This document shows positions 11,068 to 32,683 of a stretch of DNA of 64,000 nucleotides, in pieces; within the stretch, counting starts at the first letter, position 1; each line of letters opens with the position of its first letter. The notes beneath the pieces are model-generated. The model saw nothing but the letters and a program-made list of their open reading frames with translations, was not told the DNA's origin and searched no databases. A program made the position numbers and the translations under genes. This DNA is from Scenedesmus sp. PABB004 (lineage: Eukaryota): NCBI GenBank assembly GCA_014905635.1, contig JABVCE010000034.1, positions 124,001-188,000 on the forward strand. The letters run 5' to 3'.

Positions 11068-12706
11068 TCAGTGGCCGCCGCCGGGCGTGAGGGGGATGTT
11101 GAGCTTGTCGCCGACCTTGTCCACGCGGTCGACGCGCTTCAGCGTGAAAAACTCGCCGCCCGCGACCAGCTGCGGCGGCGGCGCGGGGGCGGCGCGAGGC
11201 GGCGCGCGTCGGGGGGGAGGGGGGGGGCTGCAAGACGCTCGCTCGCGGCGGGGGCGCGGGCGCCCGCGGTCGCCGGGACCACGCCTCAGCGCGCTGCCGT
11301 CGCCGCCCGCGCACGTCCCCGCCGCCGCGCGGCAGACACGCGCCCGCTCGCGCGCCGGCCGGCCGGCCCGCCCCGGCGCACCTGCTTGGGTGGCTCGCCC
11401 TCGCGGATGATGCCCCAGATGACGAGCGTGTCGTCGTCGGGGTCGGTCACGCCGATGATGCGCTCGCTCAGCAGCGCCGGCACCTGGGCAACAGGCAGCG
11501 CGGGCGGCGCGGGCAGAGCGCGCGTGGGCGGCCGCGCCGCGCCGCCGCACCGCCGGCGCGGGCGCCGCTGCCCGCGCCCCCGCGCCCTGCATCGGGTGCC
11601 GCCGCCGCTGCTGCCGGCAGTCCCGACGCCGCTGCTGCCGGCGCCGCCCGCGCCTCGCCGCCGCCGCTGCCGCTGCTGCCGCCGCTGCTGCTGGCGCTGC
11701 CGCCGCGCGCCGCGCACCTGGATCGGGTTGTCCTCGGTGCCAAAGCGCGGCTCGTAAGCCCTGCGCGCGGGGGCCGGGCCGCACGGGCGCGCGTCAGCCG
11801 CGGCCGGGCGCGGCGCAGGCCACGAGCCGGCGGCGCGCACTGCCTGGTGCGCCGCCGCGCACCAGGCCTCATCCCAAATGTCCTTGTCAGCGAGGTGCGC
11901 GTACTTCTCCTGCGGCCTGCACGCGCGGAGGGGACGGCGGACGCGCGGCGTGGGCGCTGCTGCGCGCGCGCGACGGGGAGCGCCCGCCGGCGCCGCCACC
12001 CCCTCCAGCACCGCCTGCGCGCCCGCCTGCTGCGGCTGTCGCCGCTGCCGCCGCCGCTGCTGCTGCCGCTGCCGCCGCTGCTGCCACGGCCGCCGCGCGC
12101 CATTGCGCCGACCGCGGCCGCCGGCGGGCCCCGGGCGCCACGATCCCGGGCCCCGGTCGCCCGCGCCCGTTCCCGCGCCCGGCCAGCGCCGCGCGAGCTC
12201 ACGTCGTGACGGCACCGCCCGCTGCGGTCGGCTGCGCTTGCCAGCGGCCGGAGCTGGTGGTGAAGGCGCCGCGCCCGGCGCGCAGCCAGCTGCTGGTCGC
12301 GGTGGCGGCCGCGGGGAGGGCCTGCGGCGCGCGGGGCGGGCGGGGAGGGCAGGATTCGAGGCCGGCGCGACGCGTCGCCGCGCCGCAGCGGCCCCCGCGC
12401 GGGCCGGGGCCGTGCTCCGTCTCGAACTGAGGCCGCACGCGGCGCCCCGGGCGCCCCGGGCCCCCAGCGGCGCCGGGAGGGGGCGCCCCAGATCGCGAAT
12501 ACACGTCGCGCCCCGCCCCGCGCCCGGGCCGCCCCGCCCGGGGGTCGCGGGCGCCGATGATCTCGGCCCGGCGGCGCGGGGGCGCCCTCCGCCTCGCCAC
12601 GCCGCGACGCCCGCGGCGCAGCGCTGCCCCTCACCTGCGACTGCTGCGCCGCCAGCGCCCGGCCGGCGCTGCCCGCCAGCAGGGCGGCGAGCCTGGCCAC
12701 GCTCAT
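11068..12706 (-). CDS. COX5B: Cytochrome c oxidase subunit 5b, mitochondrial; multi-exon
   Basis: Presequence MSVARLAALLAGSAGRALAA; exons EKYAHLADKDIWDEAW | AYEPRFGTEDNPIQ | VPALLSERIIGVTDPDDDTLVIWGIIREGEPPKQ | LVAGGEFFTLKRV carry the FGTxxNP and RIxG COX5B motifs. Confidence 0.85.
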
Positions 12707-13105
12707 GTCGGGACGCGCGCCGCGCCCGGCGGCTGCGGCGGGCGGTGGCGGGCGGGCGCTGCTGCTGCTGCCGGCGCCGGGGGAGCCGGGGCGCGGCGCT
12801 GGCGGCCACCCGGATGCTGGCGAGGCGAGGGACCGCTGTGGCGCACGGCGGGGCGCGGCGGAGCGCCTGCGCGGGCAGCAGCTCGAGCCGGGTTGCTGGG
12901 CGGGTTGCTGGGTCAGGGCTCAGTTGGCAAGGCCTCGCGCTCCCGGCCTCGCTCGGCAGCAGGGCGAGCAGCGGTGGCTGGCCCGGCGAGCAGCTGCCGC
13001 CCCGCCGCGCCGCCGCTCGCGGGCCGGGCGGGCGCCGCGCTCGCAGCGGCCGGGGCCCGGGCGCGGGGGCGCCCCGGGCGCGGGCGCGCCCGGGGGGCCG
13101 TCACG

Positions 13106-14345
13106 TCAGTCGCTGTCGGTGATGTAGTCCGCCTCGTCGTCGTCGTCGCTGCCCGCAGCGCGGCCGCGCGCCTTGGCCTTGGCCGCGCGCGGCGCGCCGC
13201 GCGTGCCGCCCGGCGCCGGCTCGGCCGCGGCGGCGGCGGCGCCGCCGCCGCGCGGCGCCTTGCTCGGCTTGACCGCGCGCCAGTGCCCCGAGCCGCTGCT
13301 GTCGACCACCCACTCCTCCTCGACGTCGTGGAACGTGTAGCCGTCCGGCGCCCTGCACAGAGCGCGCGCGCGGGACGGCGGGCGCGCGCGCTCCGCGAGC
13401 TGCCCGGGTGCCTGCAGCGGGGGGGGGGCACAGCGGCGCGCCGCGCCGCCCCCGGCGCGCGTGCAGCGCCCCCCCCCCCCCCCCCAGGCGCGGCGCGCGC
13501 CTGCCGGAGAGGATCTCCACGACGTCGTCCACTGCCGCGCGCATGTTGGCCTCCGGCAGCGTGATCGGCGGCCGGAAGTGCCGCGCGCGCGCCTTGCGCA
13601 TCGGCGGCGTCACGCCGTCGGGGCTGTCGTAGCTCGTCGGCGGCGGCAGGTCCGGGTCGACCACCAGCAGCACCTGCGGCGCGGCGCGGCGGCGGCAGCG
13701 CGCGCAGTGTGGGCGGCGCCCACCCCCTGCGGGCCCCGCGCGCGCGCCCCGGCGGCCGCGCTCCCCGCCGCGACGGCTGCGCGGCGCCTCGCGGGCGCGC
13801 AGGTGGTCTGCGCGCGCCCGTCTCGCCCGGCGGCCGCACCTGGCCGATGTCTGCGACCTTGACCAGGTTTGCATCGTCGAGCGTCTTGTACGACTCCACC
13901 ACCGTGGGCAGGTCCTGCGGCCGGCCGCCGGCGCGGCGCAGTCGGCGGGCCGGCGCAGCGGTCGGCGCCGGCGGCCGCGCGCCGGCGCGGCGCGTGGGCG
14001 CGTGGGCGCGCGGGCGCGCGTGCGCGAGTTGCCGGGCGGCGCGCGCGCGCCTGCAGGATGACGGTGTGCTGCTGGCCGTCGACCTCCAGCACGCCGTGCC
14101 GCTGGTGCGCTGCGGGCGGGCAGGCGGCGCTGAGCCAGGTGCCGGCAGCGGCGGCGGCAGCGGCGTCCGCCCTGGCTCTGCCGCCGCCGGCCCTCAACGT
14201 GTGCGCGGGCGGGCGCCGCACCCTGCTCGAACAGCAGCTTCACGGCGCCGTCGATGCTCGCCTGCTCGCGCAGCCAGCCACGCAGGCGCTCCGCGAGGGC
14301 CGGGTTCTGCACACGCAGAACAAAGTGCTGCTCCAGGTCCGCCAT
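13106..14345 (-). CDS. TAF7: TFIID subunit 7 (TAFII55 N-terminal domain); multi-exon
   Basis: MADLEQHFVLRV...; DLPTVVESYKTLDDANLVKVADIGQ|VLLV; DGVTPPMRKARARHFR are hallmark TAF7 motifs. Confidence 0.93.
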
Positions 14346-14869
14346 GGCGGCGCCCGCGGCGCCCGCGGCGGCGGCAGCGAGCGCGCCGGCGCCGCGCTGC
14401 CGCGAGCGCTGCTGCTCTGCGCCGCGCTGTGCCGCCGCGGCCGCGCCGGCCCCCTGGCTAGACGGGGATGAGTGGGCGAGTGGGTGTGGCCGGCCGGCGG
14501 AGAGAGAAGCGGCTCCGCGGGGCCGCGGCGCAGCGAGCAGCGGCGGCGCAGCGGCAGCGACGGCCAGCGGGCGAGCTGGAGCGTGTGGGCGCGGTGGGGG
14601 CGAGTGAGTATGTGTGTGCGCTCGAACGCGGCGAGCGGCGGCGTGCCGCCGCGGGCGCGCCGCGCCAGGGCTCAGGGGCTCAGGGGCGCGCCGCCCGCGC
14701 GCCTGCCGCCGATCGCCGCGCCCCGCCCGCGCTTCTTCCCTGAGCTACACCGACCCACACGCACCGCCAACAGCGCGCCCGGCCGCCAGCGCCGCCGCGC
14801 AGGGCCGCGGCGCGCCAGTCAAGCAGCCGCCGCTCGCGCGCCGCCGCTGCGCTCCCATTGCCGCGAGCG

Positions 14870-17292
14870 ATGGAGCGCTACGCGCGCGGCGCGCTGCTCG
14901 GCCGGGGCAGCTTCGGGGCCGCGTACGCGGCCACGCGCTTGGCCGACGGCAAGGCGTGCGTGATAAAGGAGGTGGACGTGAGCCACATGGCGCCCGCGGA
15001 GCGCGACGCGGCGCACCAGGAGGCGGCGCTGCTGCTCGCGCTGCGCCACCCCAACGTCGTGGGCTGCCTCGAGTCGTTCGTCGTCGGGCAGCCGGCGCGC
15101 CTGTGCATCGTGATGGAGCACTGCGCCGAGGGCGACCTGCACGCCCTGCTCGCGCGGCGGCGCGGCGCGCCGCTGCTGGAGGAGACCGTCCTTGACTGGG
15201 CGGTGCAGATCACGCTGGGGCGCAAGCACGTGCACGACCGCAAGATCCTGCACCGCGACATCAAGGCGCGCACACGACGACGAGCGGGCTGGCGGCGCAT
15301 GCTGCGGCGCGCGCGCCGCCAGCCCTGCGCCGGCGCTCAGCCGCGCGCGCGCGCGCCGCGCGAGCAGACCCAGAACATCTTTGTGTCGGCGGGCCGGCTC
15401 CTGAAGCTCGGCGACTTTGGCGTGTCCAAGGTCCTCGCCAGCACGCAGGCGCTCGCGTCGACCGCGGTCGGCACGCCGTGAGCGCCGCGCGCGGGCCGGG
15501 CCGGCTGGCGGCGCGGCAGCGGCTCTGCCCCACGCCCACGCCCACGCCGCGCGGCGCCGCCCCGGGCGCGCACAGCTATTACTTGTCACCTGAGATCTGC
15601 CTCAACCATATGCACAACCACAAGGCGCGCCCACCTCAGCGCTGGGCTGCAGCCGGGCGGGCGCGGCTGTGGCAGCGCGCCAGCTGCGCCGGCGCGGGCG
15701 GCCGGCCTCCAGCCGACGCGCGCCGCGTGGCCGCCGCGCAGTCGGACATGGCCTCATGCAGAAGGTGCCCGCGCCGCGCGCGCGCGCCGGGCGGCGACGC
15801 CCTCGCGACCGGCACGCGGCGCCGGGAGGCGCCGAGCCGCGTGCGTCGCCGCGGCCGCAGATCCTCAGTGGCACCTTTGCGCCGCTGCCGCCTGGGCGCA
15901 GCCCGGAGCTGCGCGCGCTCGTTGGCTCGCTGCTGTCCCTGGACCCGCGCCGCCGGCCGAGCGCCAACGAGGTGCTGGCGGCGCCGCTCGTGCGCGGCCG
16001 CATCGCGCGCTTCCTCAGTGCCACGCTGCAGCGCAGCGAGCTCAGCCACACCGTCATCCACGGCCCCGTGCCTGCGGGCCAGCTGGTGGCCGTGCTCGTG
16101 CCGCCGGGCGACGCGGCGCAGCTGCAGCCGCCGTCCAAGCCTCCGGCGCCAGCCGCGGCGCCGGGCCCGCCGCCGCCCGCGCGGCCCAGGCAGCCAGGCC
16201 AGCCCCCTGCCCCTGCCGCTCTGTCTGTCGCCACAGCACGAGGCAGCGGCGCGTGCGCGGGCGGCAGCGGAGGGCCAGGCGCGCGCGCAGGCGGCGGCGG
16301 GCGCGCGGCGCCGCGAGGCGGGCGAGCGCGCGCGCCTGGCGATGCGGGAGCAGCTGGACCAGCAGAAGCGAGAGTTCCTGCGCAGGCGCTGCATGCAGCG
16401 CCAGCGTGAGGCGGTGGCAAACCGCTGGCGTGCCGAGGAGCAGCCCGCGCCGCGCCGGGCGGCGCCGCCGCGCAGGGACTGGTCGCCGCCCACGCTGCGC
16501 CTAGAGGTGGCGGGCGAGCAGGGCGGCGGCGAGGCTGGCGCGCGGGCGGGCCACGGCGAGCCGATGGGCTGCCGGCAGGGCCGGCACGTGGCCGGCGCTG
16601 GCGAGCTGTCGGCGGAGCAGAGGTGGGCGGCAGGCTGCGCGCGCATGCGGCACGTGCGGCGGCCCCGCTGTGCTGCAACGCTGCCCCCTGCTGCCGCGGT
16701 GCTCCACGCAGGCGCCAGGCGTGGGAGGAGCTGCGCGCGGCGGCGGCGCGCAACAAGGCGCAGCTGGTCGCCGCGGCGGGGCAGCCAGGGCTGGCTGCCT
16801 TCCTGGGCGCCCCGGGGCCGCCTGGGCCCAGGCGGCGCAGAGTGCGCCGCGCTGGTGCTGGCCGAGCCCGACTTGGACGGCGCGGCACCTGGCCCGACCC
16901 CGCAGGAGCTGCGGCGGCAGCGGCTGGCGGCCGAGCAGGCCGCCCGGGATGAGGCGCTGCGCGCGCACCAGCGCCAGGCCTGGGCGGACATGCGGGCCGC
17001 CGCCGCGCGCAACAGGGCGCAGGTGCTCGGGGACCTGGGCGCCGCCCGCCCGCCAGCGGAGGCGGCGGCGGTGGTGCCGCAGCAGGCGGCCGCGGACGGG
17101 CGCGCCGCGCCCGAGGCGGAGCGCAGCGAGGCCAGCAGCGACGGCGGGTCGACCGGGGCGTTTGCCGCCATGGTCGCGGACATGGGCCTGGTGCTGGCCG
17201 GCGACGCCGCGACGCCCGACGGCGGCGGCTGGGACGACGACGGGTCGGACGCGGGCGGCGGCGAGGAGCCCGGGGCGCCGCCGCCGGGCTGA
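14870..17292 (+). pseudogene. NIMA-related (NEK1-like) Ser/Thr kinase with apparent deletion/frameshift in subdomain IX; probable pseudogene or assembly error
   Basis: LGRGSFG, VIKEV, LRHPNVV, LDWAVQI, HVHDRKILHRDIK|TQNIF, KLGDFGVSKVL, VGTP|YYLSPEIC are present. The exon at 15742-15764 is only 23 nt (SDM fused out of frame to GLMQK). Confidence 0.7.
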
Positions 17293-17719
17293 ACGCGCGC
17301 GGCGGCTGCGGGGCGCCTGGGTCTGGTGCCGCAGCTCGTCGCGGCGGCGGCAGCGGTCGTCGTCGGCGGCGGCGGCGGCTGGTGGAGGCGGCGGCGCGCC
17401 GAGCCGGGCGGCGGGCGCCGGCAGCGGTTCGCTGAACCTGAACCGCGTCACTGACGTCGCCGCGCTGCTGTGCACCGCCTCCCCACCCCCGCGGTCACCG
17501 CCACACTCGTCGCTCGCCGCCCCGTTCGCGTGTCGGCCGCCCTTTGGTGGCGGGCGCGGCGGCCGGCGACCGTCGCTGCAGCTCACCGCTGCTCGCCGCG
17601 CGCCGCCCGGCCTCCCCGCCTGCGCCCACGCCCGCACCGCTCGGCCTGCTGACCTCTCAGGCTGCCTCTCCCGGCCTGCTGGCGCCCGCACCGCCCGGGC
17701 TCCGGCGCAGCGCGCGGCG

Positions 17720-19492
17720 ATGGCCGCGGCGGCGGGCAGCGGGCCGGACGACGCGCCTGTGGCCGGCCCGATCGTGGCGGTGCTGGTGACGGTGATCGCA
17801 AACCTGCTCGTCTGGTCCGGCAACGGCAACGGACGGCTCTACCGCTGCACCTGGGGCCGCTGCACCTGGGGCCGCTGCGGCGTGCCTGCGGTGTTCTGGT
17901 GCTCCAATCGCGCCGCCGGCCACGACCCGCACGCCAAGCCGCGCACGTACTGGGCCTTTGACCTGCTCGACCCCGGGCACCTCGTCACGTCGCCGCTGGG
18001 GACGGCCGGCCTGCTCGTGCTGCACGCCGCCAGCTTCCTCTACGTCGCCGTGTACGTGATCGTGGACGTCGCGCTCGGTGCGCGGCGCTAGCGGCGCGCG
18101 GGCAGCCGCCGCGCGGCCGCCGCCGCCCGAGCGCCCCGAGCTCCCCAGCGCGCGCTCACACCGCCCGCCGCGCGCGCAGAGTACTACCGCGTGCAGTGTG
18201 ACAGCCCCAGCTGCGGGCGGCGGCACGGCGCGTACGGCCAGTGGGTGACCTACCTGACCAACATCTCCATCAGCCTCCTCGGCGCGGCCGCGCTGCTCGC
18301 GCTGGCAAACACCGCGCGCCACGCGCGCCGGCGCCGGCGCGCGCGCGGCGCCGGCGGCAGCGGCGACGCTCGCGGCAGCGACGCCAGCGGCAGCGACGCC
18401 AGCGGCGCCCCGGCGCCGGCGGGCGGCCCGGGCGCCGCGGGCTCGCCGCCGCGCGACGCGGCGCCGCAGCGCGACGGCGCGCCGCGCGGCGCCGGCCCCA
18501 AGCCGGGCGCGCCGGCGCAGGCGCTGCAGCTGGCGCACTGGGACGACCAGCAACGCCACGCGCGCGACAGCGGCGGCCCCGCGGGCGGCCGCGCCGCGGC
18601 GGCGGACGGCGTGGTGCTGCTGGTTGACGGCGACGCGCCGCGGCCCGGCGCGGCCGACGCGTGCGGCGCGGCGCTGGCGCACCAGGCGCGCGCGAGCCGG
18701 GGCCGCGCCGCGCGGCGAGGCAGCGCGGCCGCGCGCACCGGGCGCTTCTCACGCGCGTGCGCGCCGCCGCGCCGCCGCTGCCGCCGCCGCGGCCGAGCAG
18801 TGGGACGCGCTCGACCGCGCGCATGCCCTGGTCATGACTGTGGCCACCACCGCGGCCTTCTTTGTGTCCTTCTGGTACTGGGTGAGCTCAGGGGGAGCGG
18901 GGGGCGAGGGGGCGAGGGGCGAGGGAGCGCGCGCGCGCCTCGGCGCCAGCCCGACCCCCGCGCCGGCCCACGCGCGCCGCCGCCGCCGGCCCGCACGCGC
19001 CGCTCGCCGCGCCGCCGGCGACAGGTCGGCATCGTGGGCGTGGCGCGGAGCGCCTCCGACCTGAGCGCGGGCACGTTCATGGCGCACGCGGGCAACGTTG
19101 TCGTCGCGGCGGCGCAGGTCGCGCTCGTGCGCCTGCCGCTCGTGTCCGTTCACTTCCAGCTCGTCCTCTGGTACGCGACCGCGTACGCTGCCTTTCTGTG
19201 GGCCTACGGCGGCGCATCGGGTGTGTGGAGATATCGCCTCGACTGGCAGAAGGCGAAACCAGCGGGCGCGTTCGTGCTGTTGCCGGCTGTGACGGCGCTG
19301 ATGTTTGCGCTCTGGTGCCTCCTCGCGTTTGGCCGCGAGCGCGCGCTGAACGTGCACGCGCGGCGGCGCCAGCGGCGGCGGCGCGGCGGCGAGGGCGCCG
19401 GCGCCGAGGGCGGCGGCGCCGCGGCGGTGGCGCGGGCGCGGGCCCCGCACGGCGCCGCTGCCGGCGGCGCTGGGAGCGCGGCCGGGCCGTGA
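17720..19492 (+). CDS. Multi-pass membrane protein resembling the rolling-stone family; ~4 exons
   Basis: YGQWVTYLTNISISLL, TTAAFFVSFWYW, TFMAHAGNVVVAAAQVALVRLP, YATAYAAFLWAY...WRYRLDW; several hydrophobic helices. Confidence 0.7.
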
Positions 19493-19629
19493 GCGCGCGG
19501 GGGGCGTCGGGGGGCGCCCTGCATTGTGGGGGCCGTCCGCGAGGGGATCGCCCAGGACGGGGGCGCGCAGGAGTGGGCAGGAGCGTTGTGAGTTGAGCGT
19601 GGCAGGCGTTGGCAGGCGAGCAGGCGCGG

Positions 19630-19708
19630 CCGTTAATTTACGAACCGCGGCGCATCGCTGCCGCGCGCCCGCTCGCCCGGCGCCGCGGCCCCGCGCCCGG
19701 CATTCAAA
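19630..19708. promoter_or_regulatory. Candidate G2/M promoter elements upstream of TOP2 (MSA-like AACGG core and CHR-like TTTGAA, both on the minus strand)
   Basis: CCGTTAATTT at 19630 and TTCAAA at 19703-19708, AT-rich islands 200-280 bp upstream of the TOP2 ATG. Confidence 0.35.
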
Positions 19709-19907
19709 CCCGAGAGTCGCCGCGCGTGGTCTGGCAGCTCCGCGCGCCGCGCGCTCCCCGCAGCGGCGCGAGGCCGTCGCCGCCGCCAGCCGCGCCCCCG
19801 AGCGCGCCCCCGCAGCGCCGGGCGGCCCACGCCCAGCTGCGATCGATACCCGGCCCCTCAGCGCGCCGCGGCGCGCCCAGGCGGCCCCCGCGGGCGGCGG
19901 CGGCGCG

Positions 19908-29395
<9,488 letters not shown>

Positions 29396-29982
29396 CGCCT
29401 GCGCGCGGGGCGGTGACGGTGACGCGTGGCATCGCCCCCGGCGCACCCGGCGCGGGCCAGGCCAACTGCGCGGCGGCCGGCGCCGCGGCCCGCGGTGCAG
29501 CGGGCGGGGCACGGCGGCGCCGCAGCCGGCGCAGCCAAAGTACACGCCGCGAGCTCTCCCACGCCGTCAGTTCACACCTCCCGGTCGCGCTGGAAGCATC
29601 CCGCGGCGACGCAGGCCCTCGTCGCGCGCGCGGCAGTGCCCGCGCCCGCAGCGCCCCGCAAAGCGCCCCCACCGGTGAGCCCGCTGCGGCAGGACCACGC
29701 GTCGTCGCGATTCATATAGTGCATGCGACGCGACGCGACGCGGACGGGCGGCACGGGCGGGCGCCGCGCGCGGCGAGCCTGGCGAGCGGCCGCCCGGCCT
29801 GGCCCGCGCGCCCGGCACCGCTCCAGCAGCGCCCACAGCTGCGCCACGTGCCCTCAGCACGAGGCCGTGGCGCCGGGCCTGCCACGGCCACGCACGCACC
29901 GCTGCGGCCGGTGCCGCCGCTGCTCTGAGCCGCGCCGCCGCGCCGCCCGCGCGCAGGGCCGGCGAAGCAGGCGCAGGCACAG

Positions 29983-30366
29983 ATGTTTGCCTGCTGCCTG
30001 GGCGCCAGGCAGGAGGGCGGCTCACCCGCAGCGGAAGCGCCCGTCGATGCCAAGCACACGTGAGCTCTGAGGGCCGCGCCGCGGGTGGCGCCGCGCCGCA
30101 CAGCGCCGCGCTCCAGGCGGCGCGCGCTCACGCGCACGCGCGCACGCCGCACGACCCCGCCCCTCCGCAGGCCCTCGGCGGACGAGCCGGACCCCGTGCC
30201 CGACGTCGGCGCCGCCCGTGACACTGACCAGGACGCGCCCAAGCCTGGCGGCGCGGTGCTGACGGAGCTCAAGAGCCACCGCTTTGAGTATGACGCAGAC
30301 GCCCTGAGCTCTGGGCCCAGCTCCCCCGCGGCGGCCGGCGGCGACGCGGGCGGCGGCCTGGCCTAA
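29983..30366 (+). CDS. Small (~90 aa) acidic protein with N-terminal MFACC motif; 2 coding exons
   Basis: Exon 29983-30059 and exon 30171-30366 join in frame across a GTGAGC...CTCAC...CCGCAG intron: MFACCLGARQEGG...HTPSADEPD...SHRFEYDADALSSG...GLA*. Confidence 0.6.
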
Positions 30367-31036
30367 CCCGGCGGCCGTCCCGCCCGCTGCGGTCGCCGGC
30401 GCGCCCGTCGCTGGGCAGCTGCAGCCGGCGGAGCGCTCGTGGTGGCGTCGCCGCGAGCGCGTCAGCAGGCGTCGCCGGGTGGGCGGGGCTGGCCACGGGG
30501 GCTGACTGACACCACCACTGCACTCGCTCGGGCTCCGAGCGAGCACCATGTTGCTGCCGAAATGCACAATGCTGCTGCAACGCATGCACTGGCGCGACCG
30601 GCATCTGAGAGCGCAGGGACAGGCGCTGGGCTGCCAGACTGACGGCCGCACTGACGGCAGCACTGCGGAGTGGTGGTGGGCGGCTCGGAGGCCTGGCTCG
30701 CGGTCAACAAACGTTTTGAACAGTTGCACCGTGCTCGAGCTCGGGCTCGCAACGACCTGCCCGCGCCCTGCCGCCGCGTGGCACGCCCTCTCAGGAGCAG
30801 CGCGCCGCGGTTGCCAAGGCAGCCCCCGACACTCGCTCCCTGCAGTTTGGCTTGCCCGCCGGCACCAGCGCCAGCCGCGTTCTTGTGCAGCGTGCGCGCC
30901 CGCGCACGCGCGTGCGCCCGAGTCCGGGCACGACCGAGCTCATTAGAGGGACCCCGGGCAGCGGGGAAAAAAGTGCAGCACGGAGCAGCCGCGGCCGCGG
31001 CGCGCCAGCAGGGGACAAGCCGGCGGGAGGAGCGGC

Positions 31037-31932
31037 TTAGCGGCCCACCAGACCCGGGCGCACGACGCCGACGCCGCCGACCACGGCCGGGCGGCCGACC
31101 ACACCCACGCCCGGGCGCCCCACGACGGTGGTGGTCGACCGGATGCAGCGGTCGCCTGCGGGCGGGCGGCAGCAGCAGAGGGGTGTGTGTGTGTGTGTGT
31201 GTGGGGGGGGGGGCGTGGGCAGCGGCGCGCGACGGGTGGGGCGGCAGCGCACGGCCGAGCGTGCGGGCAGCATCGCGCGAAGCCAGCTGCAGCGCAGGGG
31301 ACGGCGCGCCCCTCACCGACAGGGCCGGGGATCAGACCACCGGTGCAGGCCTGTCGGGGAGAGGGTGGCGGTTGGTGGCAGGGAGGTCAGGTCAGGCGAG
31401 CGGCCGGGTGCGGCGCTGGCGGGGCCGGGCGCGCGAGCGCTCGCGCACAGGAGGGCCCCTGCTCGCTCACCGTGCAGGTGCGGCGGCCAGCGCCCCAGGT
31501 CCTGTAGGTCGCGCAGCCAGCGATGGTGGTCAGGGCGGCCTGTGGCGGGGAGGGCGTGCGGCGGGGCGGCGGCGCGCGGGCGGTGCGGTGAGGTGAGCAG
31601 CGGCACAGTCACCGGCCACCGGTCACACCCACCGCAGCACGGCAAGGCGGACCGCCCTGCGCGCTGGCGGTGGACTGCCACCAAAATGGGCGATGCGCGC
31701 CGGGCGCGCCGGCCGCTGGGCGCCGGGCGCGCCGGCCGCTGGGCGCCGGGCGCGGCCGCCGGGGCCATGCTCGCCCCCTCCTGCCGCGCAGCACCGCGCC
31801 CAGCGTCCTGCCGCCCGCGCGATCACGCACCTGGAGCTGGCGGCCCGTCACGGACTCATCGGGGCGCACAGCCTCGGTGGAGGCGGCGAACACCAGCATC
31901 GCGCAGAGCGCCACGGCGACGAAGGACTTCAT
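31037..31932 (-). CDS. Small secreted Cys-rich prepropeptide, copy 1 (107 aa, 4 exons)
   Basis: Exons 31932-31831, 31539-31471, 31350-31317 and 31155-31037 have canonical GT-AG borders and join in frame. Signal peptide MKSFVAVALCAMLVFAASTEA. Confidence 0.8.
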
Positions 31933-32683
31933 GGCGGCTGCTGGGGGGTGCGCGGGGGTGCTGGGCGGCGAGTGGGCGGGCGCGCGGAGCGGGGGAGTGG
32001 CGAGCGGCGCCGCCGGGCCGCTCTTACCGATACGCAACGGAGCTGGACGCGACCTTGACACACCCGCGTGCCCCCTGCCCGGCTCCGGTGCGGTGCGCAT
32101 CGGCGTGGCACGCCAATAGATGCCGGACGCGCTACACTCGCCAGGGCGCCGAGCAGACTGCGCAAGGGGGGGCGCTGTGCCGGCGCACACAGCGTGCTGA
32201 TGGCGGCGCCCGCTGACGCCACCGTGGCGCCCCGCGGGTCCCCTGACCGCGCAAAAGCTCTAGTAAGATCTCGACGCAGACCTGACGCTGGGGGCAGCCA
32301 GTACGGGACCTAGCGCCAGCGGCGGCGGCTGGCGGCGGGCGGCTGCGCTGGCCGCGCGGCGGCGGCTACGCTGGCCGCGCAGCTCGGCCCCAGCAGCTCT
32401 GAACAACGGCGGGATCGGTCCCAGCAGCTGCTCGGGAGGCAGCCGCAGGCTCCCTGGCAACGGCACGGTTCAACACGCGTGCTGCCCGCAGGCGCACGCG
32501 CGCACAGCACGCCGCCGCGCTCCGGCCACCCGCGCCCGCCGCACGGGGTGTCGTTGTGGCCCGCTCACACGCAGCACCCACACGCGTTCCTTGGGTGGTG
32601 AGGCATGGTCGGTTTGGTGCCAGGACGCATGCGCGTGTGCTGCATCAGGGTGTGGCGTTCGGCCGCGCTGCAACCTGCTTGTC

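Noticed and set aside
15479..15481. In-frame TGA after VGTP in the NEK as selenocysteine or readthrough
   Set aside because: It is part of a GTGAGC splice donor; the frame resumes at YYLSPE after the intron.
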